A DNA stretch of 64,000 nucleotides from Bryobacterales bacterium (GTDB lineage Bacteria > Acidobacteriota > Terriglobia > Bryobacterales > UBA6623), in NCBI GenBank assembly GCA_963422375.2, contig CAXXKD010000001.1, positions 416,001 to 480,000 on the forward strand, written 5' to 3'. Within the stretch, counting starts at the first letter, position 1, and every line of letters begins with the position of its first letter. The notes under the pieces are model-generated. The model made no database searches. It was given only the letters and a program-made list of their open reading frames with translations, and was not told the DNA's origin. Below are positions 29,176 through 39,695 of this stretch, piece by piece. A program made the position numbers and the translations under genes.

Positions 29176-30114
29176 TCAGGCGGCGGCGCGGCCGCGGTCG
29201 GCGCCCGGCGGGGGATCTTGGCCGAGGAAGACCTCGAGCCGCGCCAGCCAGGCGCCGAACCATTCTCGGAAGGCCGCTCTCGATCGCTCCTGCTCGGGGC
29301 CCAGCGGGAAGGGCAGCGACGGCCGGCACGCGTTCCTCCATTCCGCGATCCACTTGAGTGCCCACGGATAGGGGAACGAGGCGAACCGATCGAGGAACTC
29401 CCGGTTGAAGGCGGCAGCCTCGGAGAACGCCCGGTCGTCCCCGAACGTGTCGAACAGGGCCGCGCTCAACTCGGGCACGACGCCGGCCGGACCGGAAATC
29501 GCGCCGTCGAGCAGGCCCTCCCGGATGGAGTCGGGCAAGCGGGCGTCGTGCCCTTGGATACGCGTGCAGTCCGTGCCGTCGAAGGTCAGCCTGCGCAGGA
29601 TGCCCAGCTCCCCGCTCGAGTCCTTGATGCCGACGATGTGCGCTTCCGAGTCCAGCAGCTCGGCGGCCACGGCCTCGCCGATGGGGCTCACGAAGCCGGC
29701 GAGATTGTACAGCAGCACGGGGCCGGCAATGGCCCGGGCCGCTTCCCGGAAGTATTGCAGCAGCTCCGCGTCCCCGTACCGGTAGAAGTGCGGCGGGGGC
29801 AGGAGCACGGCCGCCGCTCCGGCCTGCAGGGCGTGCCGGGCCAGATCGACCGAATCCGACAGCGAGGCGGATCCGACGCCGGCGACCAGCGTCCCGCGGC
29901 CCCGGACCGCGGGAGCCAGCAGCTCCACGATCTCCTTGCGCTGTTCAACGGAGATGTCGAAGTACTCGCCGGTGCCTCCGCACGGCACGACTCCGCTGGC
30001 GCCCCGCGAGAGGGCGAAGTCGGCCGCGCTCAGCAGGCCGTCGCGGTCCAGCTGCCCCGAGGGCGAGCGAGGCGTCAGAAGGGCTGCCATCAGGCCGCGA
30101 ATGTTGGACGGCAT
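29176..30114 (-). CDS. DapA/NAL-family class I aldolase
   Basis: GGTGE, LLYN and Schiff-base motif GIKDSSG are all intact. Confidence 0.88.
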   Translation of the reverse strand: MPSNIRGLMAALLTPRSPSGQLDRDGLLSAADFALSRGASGVVPCGGTGEYFDISVEQRKEIVELLAPAVRGRGTLVAGVGSASLSDSVDLARHALQAGAAAVLLPPPHFYRYGDAELLQYFREAARAIAGPVLLYNLAGFVSPIGEAVAAELLDSEAHIVGIKDSSGELGILRRLTFDGTDCTRIQGHDARLPDSIREGLLDGAISGPAGVVPELSAALFDTFGDDRAFSEAAAFNREFLDRFASFPYPWALKWIAEWRNACRPSLPFPLGPEQERSRAAFREWFGAWLARLEVFLGQDPPPGADRGRAAA

Positions 30115-30168
30115 GCAGGGAGATTCTATCCGATGACGCTAGAATCAAGGTTCCGAGGGCCAATCGCG

Positions 30169-31404
30169 ATGAAACCGAGCCGCAGGGACTGGCTGCGAGC
30201 TGGCCTGCACGCCGCCGTGGCCCCTACCGTGATGATTCCGCGAGCACGCGCTTACGACATTCAAGAGATCGAAGCGAGGCTCGCGTCCGCTAGGGCTATC
30301 GACGGCGTGACCAAGCAGGACCTGCCGACTCCCTGCCTGATGCTGGATCTCGACGCGTTCGAGGGCAACGTCCGTGGCATGGCCGAGCACGCGAGGGCCG
30401 CGGGCCTGGACCTGCGGCCCCACGCCAAGACCCACAAGTGCTCCGAGATCGCCAAGAGGCAGGTCGGAGCGGGTGCCTTGGGTGTCTGCGTGGCGACGAT
30501 TCGCGAGGCCGAGGCGATGGCCGCGGCGGGCATCGGCGGGCTGCTGCTGACGTCCGAGTCCGTGGGGCCGAACAAGATCAGCCGCTTGCTGCGCCTGTGC
30601 CAGCGCAAGCCGGACACGATGGCTGTCGTGGACCACGCCGACAACGCCCGCGAGCTCGACGAGGCCGCGGGATCCGTCGGCGCGAAGCTCGACGTGATGG
30701 TGGACGTGGACCCGCTCGGGAGGCGCACCGGAGTCCCGCCGGGGAAGGGCGCCGTGGCCCTCGCGGAAACCGTGGACAGGCTGCCCAGCCTCCGGTTGAA
30801 GGGCGTCCACGGCTACTGCGGCGCCTCGTCGCACGTCCAGGGCTTCGGAGAGCGGAAGCGGCACTCCGAGCAGTACATGGGTCCCGTGCTGGAGACGTTC
30901 GCCGCGATGCGTCGCAAGGGACTGCCCGCGGAGATCATGTCGGGGGCGAGCACGGGCACCTACAACATCGATTCGGCGCTGGACGGCATGACCGAGCTGC
31001 AAGTGGGCTCCTACGCGCTCATGGATGTGGACTACCGCCGGATCGGCGGCCGGAGCGGCGCGGTCTACGACGACTTCGCCCCCGCTCTGCACGTGCTCGC
31101 GACCGTCATCAGCAAGAATCACGACGACATTGCCACCGTCGACGCCGGCCTGAAGGCGCTGGCCACGGACCGCGATTTCGGCCCCGACGTGGCGCGGCCA
31201 GGGGGCCTCGCATACGCCTACCGGGGCGACGAGCACGGTGCCTTGGATCTCGCGGACGCCCAGCGCGAGGTAGCGCTTGGCGACAAGGTCGAACTGGTGG
31301 TGCCGCATTGCGATCCGAACGTGAATCTGTACGACCGGATGTACTGCGTGCGCGGCGAGCAGGTGCGGCAGGTTTGGAAGATCGACGCCCGAGGCCATGT
31401 CTGA
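30169..31404 (+). CDS. DSD1-family PLP enzyme (D-threonine aldolase/D-serine dehydratase-like) with Tat signal
   Basis: SRRDWL leader; LPTPCL, RPHAKTHK, ELQVGSY, DEHG, PHCDPNVNLYD. Confidence 0.88.
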   Translation: MKPSRRDWLRAGLHAAVAPTVMIPRARAYDIQEIEARLASARAIDGVTKQDLPTPCLMLDLDAFEGNVRGMAEHARAAGLDLRPHAKTHKCSEIAKRQVGAGALGVCVATIREAEAMAAAGIGGLLLTSESVGPNKISRLLRLCQRKPDTMAVVDHADNARELDEAAGSVGAKLDVMVDVDPLGRRTGVPPGKGAVALAETVDRLPSLRLKGVHGYCGASSHVQGFGERKRHSEQYMGPVLETFAAMRRKGLPAEIMSGASTGTYNIDSALDGMTELQVGSYALMDVDYRRIGGRSGAVYDDFAPALHVLATVISKNHDDIATVDAGLKALATDRDFGPDVARPGGLAYAYRGDEHGALDLADAQREVALGDKVELVVPHCDPNVNLYDRMYCVRGEQVRQVWKIDARGHV

Positions 31405-31410
31405 GAGACG

Positions 31411-33024
31411 ATGAGCGAGCTTTCGTTCCGTCAGGCAGACCTGCCGGGAATCCGGCCGCTGTACGCGGACCTACTGTTCAATTTCGAGTGCGTTAGGCGC
31501 TTCTACCCCCGCCCCCCGTCGCTGGACGCTGCCTGCGCGGCGGCCGACGCCGTGGCGGACGACGTGAGGATGGACGGGCGTCATCGCCAGCGCCTCGCGG
31601 ACGAACTGGGCAGGCAGAACGAGGGCGTCGACGGAGCGACGCTCGAGAGCATCGATCGGCTGTCGCGGCCGGGCACGGTCGCGGTCGTGACGGGGCAGCA
31701 GGTCGGCCTCTTGGGCGGCCCCGCATTCACCCTGTACAAGGCCTTGACCGCCGTCCGTTGCGCGCGGGAGCTGAGCCATCGGGGAAGGCCCGCCGTCCCG
31801 GTCTTCTGGTTGGCTACCGAGGACCACGATCTCGCGGAGGTCAATCACGCATGGGTGTTCGGACCGGACGGATCTCCCCGGCGCATCGACGCCGTGACGG
31901 ACGCGGAACCGGCCGCCGCCGTGGGAGGGATCCGGGTGGCGGACGCCGGCTTGGATCTGCTGCAAGCCGTGTGCGACGGCTTGCCCTACGCCCCGGGGGC
32001 GCTGGCGCTGGCGCGCCAGGCGTACGGGCAGGGGCCCGGGTTCGGCGCCGGGTTCAGGGCGCTCTATCGCGAGATCCTCTCGGGCACGGGAATCGTCCTC
32101 GTATGCCCCATGAGCGCGGGCCTGAGGGAGTTGTGCGCCCCCGTCGTGCGACGGGCCATCGAGCTCGCGCCGGAACTCTCGGCCGCCCTCTTGCGGCGCG
32201 GCGCGCGCCTGCAGGGTGCGGGCTACCACCAGCAGGTGCGCTTCCAGGAATCCACGTCGCTGATCTTCCTTTTCGAGGGCTCCGAGCGCGTCGCTCTCAA
32301 GCGCAGGAACGGGTTCTTCTGGGCGCGGTCGCAGGCCTACAGCCGCGAGGATCTGCTCGCGAGGCTCGACCGTGCACCCCTCGAGGTGTCCCCCAACGCA
32401 TTGCTGCGGCCCGTCATGCAGGACTTCCTGCTGCCGACGGCGGCTCTCGTCGCGGGACCGTCGGAGGCCGCCTACTATGCCCAGTCGGCGGTGCTGTACG
32501 AGCGGCTACTCGGGCGGATGCCGACCGTGCTCCCGCGGGCCAGCTTCACCGTGCTGGACGCTGCGGCGCGAAAGCTGCTCCGAAGGTACCGGCTGTCGGT
32601 GGCGGACTGTCTCGTGCCTCGGAACCAGCTCCTGTCGTCGGTCGCGACAACCCTCGTGCCGGCTCCGTTGAGCGAGAGTCTCTCCGCCAGGCGCGCCGAA
32701 GTGCTCGCGGCGCTGCAGGGTATCGATTCCGCCCTCGTCGGGTTCGACCCCACCCTCGCGGCCAGCTTCGAGGTATCGCGGAATAAAATCGAGTATCAGC
32801 TGGACAAGGTTGCTGCCAAGGTTTCGAGAGAGGCGTTGCGTCGGACGGACGCGGCCCGGCGGCACGCTGCCGTGCTTGCCGACACGGTCTATCCGAACGG
32901 CAGCATGCAGGAGCGGCTGTACTCCGTCCTGCCGTTCCTGGCGAAGTTCGGACCATCCTTCGTCAGCCGTGTCGAGCGGGCTGTCGAGCCGGGATCGTCC
33001 GATCACACCGTGCTGGAGTTCTAG
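31411..33024 (+). CDS. bshC: Bacillithiol biosynthesis cysteine-adding enzyme BshC
   Basis: VVTGQQ.GL.GGP..TLYKALT, PVFWLATEDHD..EV, SPNALLRPVMQD, GPSE..Y, QER. Confidence 0.92.
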   Translation: MSELSFRQADLPGIRPLYADLLFNFECVRRFYPRPPSLDAACAAADAVADDVRMDGRHRQRLADELGRQNEGVDGATLESIDRLSRPGTVAVVTGQQVGLLGGPAFTLYKALTAVRCARELSHRGRPAVPVFWLATEDHDLAEVNHAWVFGPDGSPRRIDAVTDAEPAAAVGGIRVADAGLDLLQAVCDGLPYAPGALALARQAYGQGPGFGAGFRALYREILSGTGIVLVCPMSAGLRELCAPVVRRAIELAPELSAALLRRGARLQGAGYHQQVRFQESTSLIFLFEGSERVALKRRNGFFWARSQAYSREDLLARLDRAPLEVSPNALLRPVMQDFLLPTAALVAGPSEAAYYAQSAVLYERLLGRMPTVLPRASFTVLDAAARKLLRRYRLSVADCLVPRNQLLSSVATTLVPAPLSESLSARRAEVLAALQGIDSALVGFDPTLAASFEVSRNKIEYQLDKVAAKVSREALRRTDAARRHAAVLADTVYPNGSMQERLYSVLPFLAKFGPSFVSRVERAVEPGSSDHTVLEF

Positions 33025-33304
33025 GTCCTCAGTCTCGGTCTAGCGCCGGCGCGAGGGAAGCTAGAGGGCCGACCCAGGCGCGGCCTAGAATGCGGTCGCT
33101 CTATCGGTCGAGGTTCCCTGCGCCGTTCCGGCGGGAGTCTTCCTCCCGACGCAATCCAGCCCTTCACGGCAAGGCCCAACTTCGAGAGCGCGCCACGCCA
33201 GTCGAAGAGAGGGGCCGCCGCTGCCTGCGAGGCCGCCCTTTCCCTGATCTCGCGGACCCTCGGGACTCGGAAGCGCGGCGAACGGCCTCTCCGGAGCGGT
33301 ATCG

Positions 33305-34198
33305 CTAGCTCGCGAGCTCGCGCATGGACCGGTTCACGGACGCCCCCACGGCGGGGGTAGCGGGGAGGAGCGGGAGGCGGGGCGGGCCGCCGAAGAAGCT
33401 GCGCTGGTCGAGCGAGTGCTTCAGCGCCGGGACGCCGTGCGTCCTGAGCAGCGCGTCGAAGTCCGTTGCCCGTCTTGTCAGACCGGTCGCCGCCTCATTC
33501 TGTCGCGTGCGGACCGCCTCCTCGATCGACAGGGCGTGGAACGGCACGGCCGAGGCGAGCGGGAGCAGCGCTGCGGAGGCGCCCCTAGCTAGGGCGTCGG
33601 CGAGGGTCGGGAAATCGCGGGAGACGATCGCGAACTTCGGTCCGCAAGCGCCGGCCGCCTCGCTCAGAGCCTTGTTCGCGAGACCCTCGACAACCGCCCC
33701 GGCGATGCGCGGGTGCGATGCGAGGGAGGCGACCTGCTCGGTGGTCAGACCGACCGGCCCGCCCAGCTGCGTGCCGACGAGCAGCGGGAGGCTCGCGGTG
33801 TCGGCGACGCACCGGAAGAACAGTTCGGACGCTCTCGCGCTCGGCGCGAGGCCCGTCAGGTCGGGCGCTTCGACGACAGCGGCCGTGCAGCCGGCCTCGG
33901 CCGCTGCCTCGACCAGCTGGCGCGCCTCGGCGACGCCGCATCCGGAAATCGACGCGACCGTCAGCGCGGTGTCGCCCGCCCGCGCTGCCGCCCGCGTCCA
34001 GATCGAGGTCCTTTCCTCCGCCGAGAGCAGCGGTCCCTCGCCCCAGCGGTCGGTGAGGGCGATGCCCGCCAGCTGCGTGCGCAGCAGTTGCGAGATGTTG
34101 AATTCCAGCTTGGACCAGTAGATGTTGCCCCGGTGGTCGAAGGGCGTCGTCAGCGGGGCTAGGATTCCGCGGATGCGCATGCAGGCCGAAACGCTCAT
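33305..34198 (-). CDS. DapA-family protein with degenerate active site
   Basis: GILAPLTTPF, GEG, G.PRLPL are present, but the YN and GIKDS positions read VGTQ and GAVVE. Confidence 0.75.
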   Translation of the reverse strand: MSVSACMRIRGILAPLTTPFDHRGNIYWSKLEFNISQLLRTQLAGIALTDRWGEGPLLSAEERTSIWTRAAARAGDTALTVASISGCGVAEARQLVEAAAEAGCTAAVVEAPDLTGLAPSARASELFFRCVADTASLPLLVGTQLGGPVGLTTEQVASLASHPRIAGAVVEGLANKALSEAAGACGPKFAIVSRDFPTLADALARGASAALLPLASAVPFHALSIEEAVRTRQNEAATGLTRRATDFDALLRTHGVPALKHSLDQRSFFGGPPRLPLLPATPAVGASVNRSMRELAS

Positions 34199-34387
34199 TC
34201 TAGCGGCTGGGGGCAGGCCCCGGCGGTCCCGCAGCCATGCCGACGCTGCGGGCGCCGCTCTCCCCGCGCCGCGCGCGGGGAGAGCGGCGAAGGGCGGAAC
34301 TAGCGCTCGTCCGCCCTTCCGAATTCGCCCGCGTGTGCTAGCCTGCTTCCAGCACGGGGAATGCGCCCCGGCGAGGAGGTTGGTTCC

Positions 34388-35683
34388 ATGCGCGACTCGA
34401 GGATCGTGTTCCTAGCGGCGGGTCTGCTGCTCGGAGGCAGCCTGCTGTGGGGCCAGGGCCAGCGCGGCGGAGACTCCACCGGCGGCGGAAACTCCGGCGG
34501 GCAGCAGGGCGGCGGGCAGCAGGGCGGCGGGCAGCAGGGCGGACAGTCCCGGCAGCAGCCCGACTACAACAACAACCGGCAGAGCGATCCGTTCGGGAAC
34601 CGCCAGAACGACCCGTTCGCCAACCAGATGCGGCCACTGTACTTGAACGGCCGGGTGGTGACCGACGATGGCCAGGCCCCGTCCGAGCCGGTGGTCGTCA
34701 AGCGCGTCTGCCAGGGCAACGCCTATCCCGAGGACTACACCGACTCCAAGGGGCGCTTCAGCTTCCAGGTGGGCGGAGACATTTCCATGCTCACGACGGA
34801 TGCGAGCGTGTCGGGCACGCGCCTCGGCGGCGGATCGGTCATGTCGGGAGGCGGCGTCAACGACGACTGCGTGCGCCAGATCGGCATGGGCAGGTACGAC
34901 CTCAGCTCCTCGACCCTGCGGGCCGAACTGCCGGGCTACCGTTCGGACGACATCAATCTCGGCATGTACAGCACGATGGGCAACAACGACGTTGGCGTGA
35001 TCGTGCTGCATCGCCTCGCCGGCTTGGTGGGCGATGTCGTGAGCGCGCTGACGCTCCAGGCCCCGAAGGCTGCCCGGAAGGCCTACGAGAGCGGCCTGCG
35101 CGAGATTCGCAAGAAGAAGCCCAAGTACGACAAGGCGGTCGCGCAGCTGGAGAAGGCCGTGGCGGCCTACCCCCAGTTCGCGGCAGCGTGGGCGGCCATG
35201 GGGGACGCCAAGGCCGCCATGCAGGACAGCGACGGTGCCTGGGGCGCCTACTCCAAGGCCGTGGAGCACGACCCGAAGTACATCAAGCCCTACGAGGCGC
35301 TGATCGAGATGGCCGTGGCGCGCAGCGACTGGCCGAGCTTGGACTCGTTCGGCAGCGCCTACCTGGGACTCAATCCCAACGCCGGCAGGGTGCGCTTCCT
35401 GACCGCCGTGGCGGCGCTGAACAGCGGGAACGCCGAGAGGGCCGAGGAGATGGTGCTTGCCATGAGGGCCGGTGACGGCGCCCAACAGTTCCCGCAAAGC
35501 TACCAGATCATGGGCATGATCCACGAGCAGCGGGCCGAATTCGAGAAGGCGGCGGACCAGTACCGCTCGTTCGTGCAAGTCACCGGCGAGGAGACGTCCC
35601 AGAACGTCCAGCAGGTTAAGCGCAAGCTGCACGAATGGGAGATGCTCGGCGTCATACAGAAGTCCGCGGCGGCGGGCCCATAG
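34388..35683 (+). CDS. Secreted TPR-repeat protein with G/Q-rich linker
   Basis: Signal peptide, GGQQG repeats, TDSKGRFSF domain, APKAARKAYE followed by TPR helices. Confidence 0.85.
   Translation: MRDSRIVFLAAGLLLGGSLLWGQGQRGGDSTGGGNSGGQQGGGQQGGGQQGGQSRQQPDYNNNRQSDPFGNRQNDPFANQMRPLYLNGRVVTDDGQAPSEPVVVKRVCQGNAYPEDYTDSKGRFSFQVGGDISMLTTDASVSGTRLGGGSVMSGGGVNDDCVRQIGMGRYDLSSSTLRAELPGYRSDDINLGMYSTMGNNDVGVIVLHRLAGLVGDVVSALTLQAPKAARKAYESGLREIRKKKPKYDKAVAQLEKAVAAYPQFAAAWAAMGDAKAAMQDSDGAWGAYSKAVEHDPKYIKPYEALIEMAVARSDWPSLDSFGSAYLGLNPNAGRVRFLTAVAALNSGNAERAEEMVLAMRAGDGAQQFPQSYQIMGMIHEQRAEFEKAADQYRSFVQVTGEETSQNVQQVKRKLHEWEMLGVIQKSAAAGP
34496..34540 (+). repeat. 15-bp in-frame tandem repeat x3 (GGCGGGCAGCAGGGC, GGQQG)
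   Basis: Three exact units. Confidence 0.9.
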
Positions 35684-35710
35684 CGCCCGTCGCGGCCGCT
35701 TCGGTCCGTC

Positions 35711-37252
35711 TTAGGCTTCGGCGCGCACCCAGCCGTGCGCCGCGTTGTCGGGTTGCATGCCGCGGTCTAGGTACGCATCCCGGATTCGGCGAATCCCGTC
35801 GTTTCTCCTCGCCTCGATGGCCGCGGTCGGGTTGATCCCGTAGATTCGCGCCGCGTTCAGGCCGAATATCCTGGCCCTGTCCTCGCGCGTGATCTTGGCG
35901 TAGTCGAACTTCTCGCAGATCTCGTCGCTGATCTGGAACCGCTTGAAGGCTTCGATGCACCACTGCGGCGAGCCCCACCAGATGCAGTCCGTGCCCCAAA
36001 GCACGCGGTCGGCGCCGAAGTGCCGGATATTCTTGCCCATCAGGTGCATGCACATCACCGGATGCGTCACTGCGAGCGTCGCGAACGCGCTGCCGATCTC
36101 GCAATGCACGTTGTCCAAGGTCGGGTTGCGCCTCTTGATGTCCATCAGGACGTCGTGCCACGCGAAGTCCCCGGTTGCCGGGTCGAAGTTGGCCGGGTCG
36201 GTGAAGGCCGGCTCGGTCGGTCCGTGCTTGAGCGCCGAATGGTATACGACGAACGTGAAGTCGCGGTTCTGCAGCGCGGCCCGCTCGACGTCCTCGGGAT
36301 TCGCGAGGTGTCCGAATCGCCGCGACTGTGACGCGAACCCCTTGTGGACGCTGACCGTAGTCTGGCCGAGCTCGCGGGCCACCTCGTAGAAGTACGCGGC
36401 GGCCTCGTCGTCGAGTCGAAACCCTCGCCCCGACCGACCGGGGTCGAAGTGGCAGTAGAGCTTCCAAGAGGCGTTGCCGTACTCCTGAACCTCGCGCGCC
36501 ATCTGCTCCTTGAGCAGCGTCCGATCCTGCCTGTCGGTCAGGCGGTCCCAGTAGTGGTTCGGGGCGCAGTTGCTTTGCGAGAGCGCTCGGACGCTCCCGG
36601 CGATCCCGTTGATGTCGTCGCGCCGGGAGGCCATCAGCCAGCTGGGCAGGATCCCGCCTCCGCGGACGAGCTTCGGATCGACCCGCTGGCCGCTCGCTGC
36701 GTTCGCGGCGAGCGCGACTCGTTCCTCCGGAGGGCTCTTCTCACGTCCCGGCACTCCCGAAATGACGAGCATGTCGGTCTCCGAATCCAGGTACATCTCC
36801 TTGAAGAAGGTGCCGAAGCTGTAGGCGTCGGCGTCGTTCGCCAGTTCGAAGCCCATGCCGCGCATGAATTCTGACGTGCGGTGATTCAGCGGGTAGCCGT
36901 TCGTGAAGTGGGCCTGCACGTCGAACACGAAATACTCGCCCGGCGGCCACCTCTCTTCGTGCGCGGCAGGCTCGAACATCTCCTCCCTCGCCACGTCCCA
37001 GTAGCGTTGCCCGTAGGCCTCGTTGGCCGCCCAGAATGAGGTCGCGAGGCCCATGCCGGTGCGCATGAAGGCCCTCCGGTCGATTCCGACGCGCTTGGCG
37101 TTCGCCTCGGCCAGTTCGCCGATGCGATGCTCCCAGCGCGCCTGCGCGCGACTCTGGGGCCTAGGCCAGATTTCCTCGTTCGAGACGACCTGCGTCGGGA
37201 TTGGGGAATCGACTCCCTTGGCCCGATCGCGCCGCCATTTCGGAACCCACAC
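35711..37252 (-). CDS. Amidohydrolase-family protein (Amidohydro_2-like)
   Basis: DVQAH, WKLY, VHKG, VYH, WGTD, IFGLNAARIY. Confidence 0.85.
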   Translation of the reverse strand: MWVPKWRRDRAKGVDSPIPTQVVSNEEIWPRPQSRAQARWEHRIGELAEANAKRVGIDRRAFMRTGMGLATSFWAANEAYGQRYWDVAREEMFEPAAHEERWPPGEYFVFDVQAHFTNGYPLNHRTSEFMRGMGFELANDADAYSFGTFFKEMYLDSETDMLVISGVPGREKSPPEERVALAANAASGQRVDPKLVRGGGILPSWLMASRRDDINGIAGSVRALSQSNCAPNHYWDRLTDRQDRTLLKEQMAREVQEYGNASWKLYCHFDPGRSGRGFRLDDEAAAYFYEVARELGQTTVSVHKGFASQSRRFGHLANPEDVERAALQNRDFTFVVYHSALKHGPTEPAFTDPANFDPATGDFAWHDVLMDIKRRNPTLDNVHCEIGSAFATLAVTHPVMCMHLMGKNIRHFGADRVLWGTDCIWWGSPQWCIEAFKRFQISDEICEKFDYAKITREDRARIFGLNAARIYGINPTAAIEARRNDGIRRIRDAYLDRGMQPDNAAHGWVRAEA

Positions 37253-37393
37253 GAGACGCTCTCCGCCGTGGCATTCCGCCGCTCGGGGCGCCTCCCGAAG
37301 CTAGGGCGGCGGGACAGCGGTGCCAGTATCATAGTAGGCCTAGGTCTCGCCCTCTCCGCGGCTCGCCCCCTCTCCCGACTGGAGCACCCCACC

Positions 37394-38395
37394 TTGTCGC
37401 AACACCGCCTCCGCGCCAAGATTTCCGGCGTCGGTTGCTACGTACCGCCAAACATTCTCAGCAACAAGGATCTCGAAACGCTCGTCAACACGAGCGACGA
37501 GTGGATCCTGAGCCGGACTGGAATCCAGAAGCGCCACATCGCGCCCGACGGCGTTGCCACGTCCGACCTTGCCGCCGAGGCGGCGCGCGAGCTCCTCGCG
37601 AAGACCGGCATCAATGCCGCGGATCTCGAGGCGATCATCGTCTGCACGGTCACTCCGGACATGCTGTTTCCCGCCACGGCGTGCCTCGTCCAGGACCGGC
37701 TCGGAGCCAAGGGTGCTTGGGGTTTCGACCTCGTGGCGGCGTGCTCCGGCTTGCTGTACGGGCTGACCGCCGCATCCCAGCTCGTGGCCGGCGGCAGCCA
37801 CGAGCGAGTCATGGTCATCGGCGCCGACACGATGTCGCGAATCGTCGACTACAAGGACCGCGCGACCTGCGTGCTATTCGGCGACGGTGCCGGCGCGTTT
37901 CTCGTTGAGCCCGCCACGGATGGGGACGGCGGCCTGATCGATTTCGTCAACGAGGTGGATGGCTCGGGCGGCAAGCACCTGTCGATGCCGGCGGGCGGCA
38001 GCGCCAAGCCGGCGACGCACGAGTCGGTGGACGAGCGCCTGCACTACGTGCATCAGGAGGGCCGACAGGTCTATCGCTACGCGGTGAGCAAGATGCACGA
38101 GCTCTGCAAGATCCTTCTGGAACGAAACGGGTACACTGCCGAGGACGTCGACTTGCTCATCCCGCATCAGGCGAACCGTCGCATTATCACGGCCGCGGCC
38201 GATCGCTTGGGCCTTCCCTTGGAGCGGGCCATGATCAATATCGATCAGTACGGCAACACCACCGGCGGAACCATTCCGCTAGCGACGCGGGACGCGATCA
38301 AGGCTGGGCGGCTGAAGCGAGGCGACTTGGTGCTCATGGCGGCGGTGGGTGCCGGTTTCACCGCCGGAGCTTCGCTGTGGCGCTGGAGCTTCTAG
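37394..38395 (+). CDS. fabH: 3-oxoacyl-ACP synthase III
   Basis: TSDEWI..RTGI, AACSG, LFGDGAGA, PHQANRRI, GNT. Start taken as TTG 37394 after GGAG. Confidence 0.93.
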   Translation: MSQHRLRAKISGVGCYVPPNILSNKDLETLVNTSDEWILSRTGIQKRHIAPDGVATSDLAAEAARELLAKTGINAADLEAIIVCTVTPDMLFPATACLVQDRLGAKGAWGFDLVAACSGLLYGLTAASQLVAGGSHERVMVIGADTMSRIVDYKDRATCVLFGDGAGAFLVEPATDGDGGLIDFVNEVDGSGGKHLSMPAGGSAKPATHESVDERLHYVHQEGRQVYRYAVSKMHELCKILLERNGYTAEDVDLLIPHQANRRIITAAADRLGLPLERAMINIDQYGNTTGGTIPLATRDAIKAGRLKRGDLVLMAAVGAGFTAGASLWRWSF

Positions 38396-39695
38396 AGCGG
38401 AGGGCCGAGCGCGATGGCGAGGCCCTCGCCTAGTCCTTGGGGTCGTCCCGGGACGAGCCGCCTCCGAACGCCGCTGGACGGAGCGGCCGCAACGACGCTG
38501 TCCCGCCGGAAGGCGACTCCGGTCGGTACGGCGGGTCTCCGCCCGCGCCAGGTGCCTGGCAAGACCGAACAGGGTGCCGATTTTCGTGCCGCGGTCTCGA
38601 CGCGTCGTAGGATTCTGCGGTCGAGATAGCTTCGGCAAGACGGCCGGTCCAGCGGGCGGGCGCCCGCATCTTCGGATTCGCGGTACCCCGAAGGGGCGCG
38701 GCGAGGCCAAGCCAGCAGGCGAACTGGCCCTGCGCCGCGCAGGGCGTACGCAAGGTCACGCCGGGACAGGTGGAACATCGTTCCGAGTCGGGGCTTCGCC
38801 TGCTTCGCTTTCCATTGAATGCGTCGGTGAGACCGCCTCGATCCCGACCGCGCCACTCGCGCTGGTCGGCTCGTCCGACTCGCAGGTCCGAGAGACCGGA
38901 TTCGAGCGCGCCAGCCGCCTCCGGCGCGACGGGTCAGACTGATGTTCGCGAAGCGCGAGAATCAGGTCGATCCTTCCTGCATCGTTACGAACCTCCAAGC
39001 GCAATAGCTTCCCCGCCAAGCAGAGGAAGTGACAATACCGCTCTACTCCTTGGATCGCTCGCTACTGGTACGAGTCGTTGACCATATGGACGAAGGATCG
39101 TCAATGCACCCTGTAGGCTGCCATCGCGAAATCCGCCAAGCTATTGCAGCAAAGTCCTAGCTGTTGCCCCCGGTGCTACAGCCTTGATCGCTCCATTTCT
39201 CGCAAGGGGCTCTGGTGGCGAGCGTCGTCGGAGTCGTCGCGGGCGGTGCCAGCGCTGCCCCCTGCGTCGACGGAAACCCGCGCGCCTGCCGACGAGGCCC
39301 GCTGCGACAGCCAGCGTCCGCGCCCGCTCGGGAGCGGCGTCGAGCCGCCACCGGGCGTTCGCCGTAACTGCTGGACGCGGCTTCGGCTCGCATGCTCCAG
39401 CCGCGCGTCGCGCCAAGCGGCCGCGGACCCGGCCGGCGATGGCGCGGGCGGTCGGCCGCGTTAGCGGTCCGGCTTCGCCGGTGACCGGAAGACCGAACGG
39501 CCTTGGAGCCTTGAGCGTTTCGTTCCCGGATGCCCATCGACGGGCCTCGTCGGCCGGGACGTCCATGCCATGCCTCCTAGCGTCGCGGGCGGAGCAGCTG
39601 CCCCCGCCGCCGAATGCCGCCGCAAATCGATATCGCCTGTCAGTCCGGGTCGCCCGACTCCGCTGCCGTAGCTGCTGTGCCATGCTGGAGAGGCG

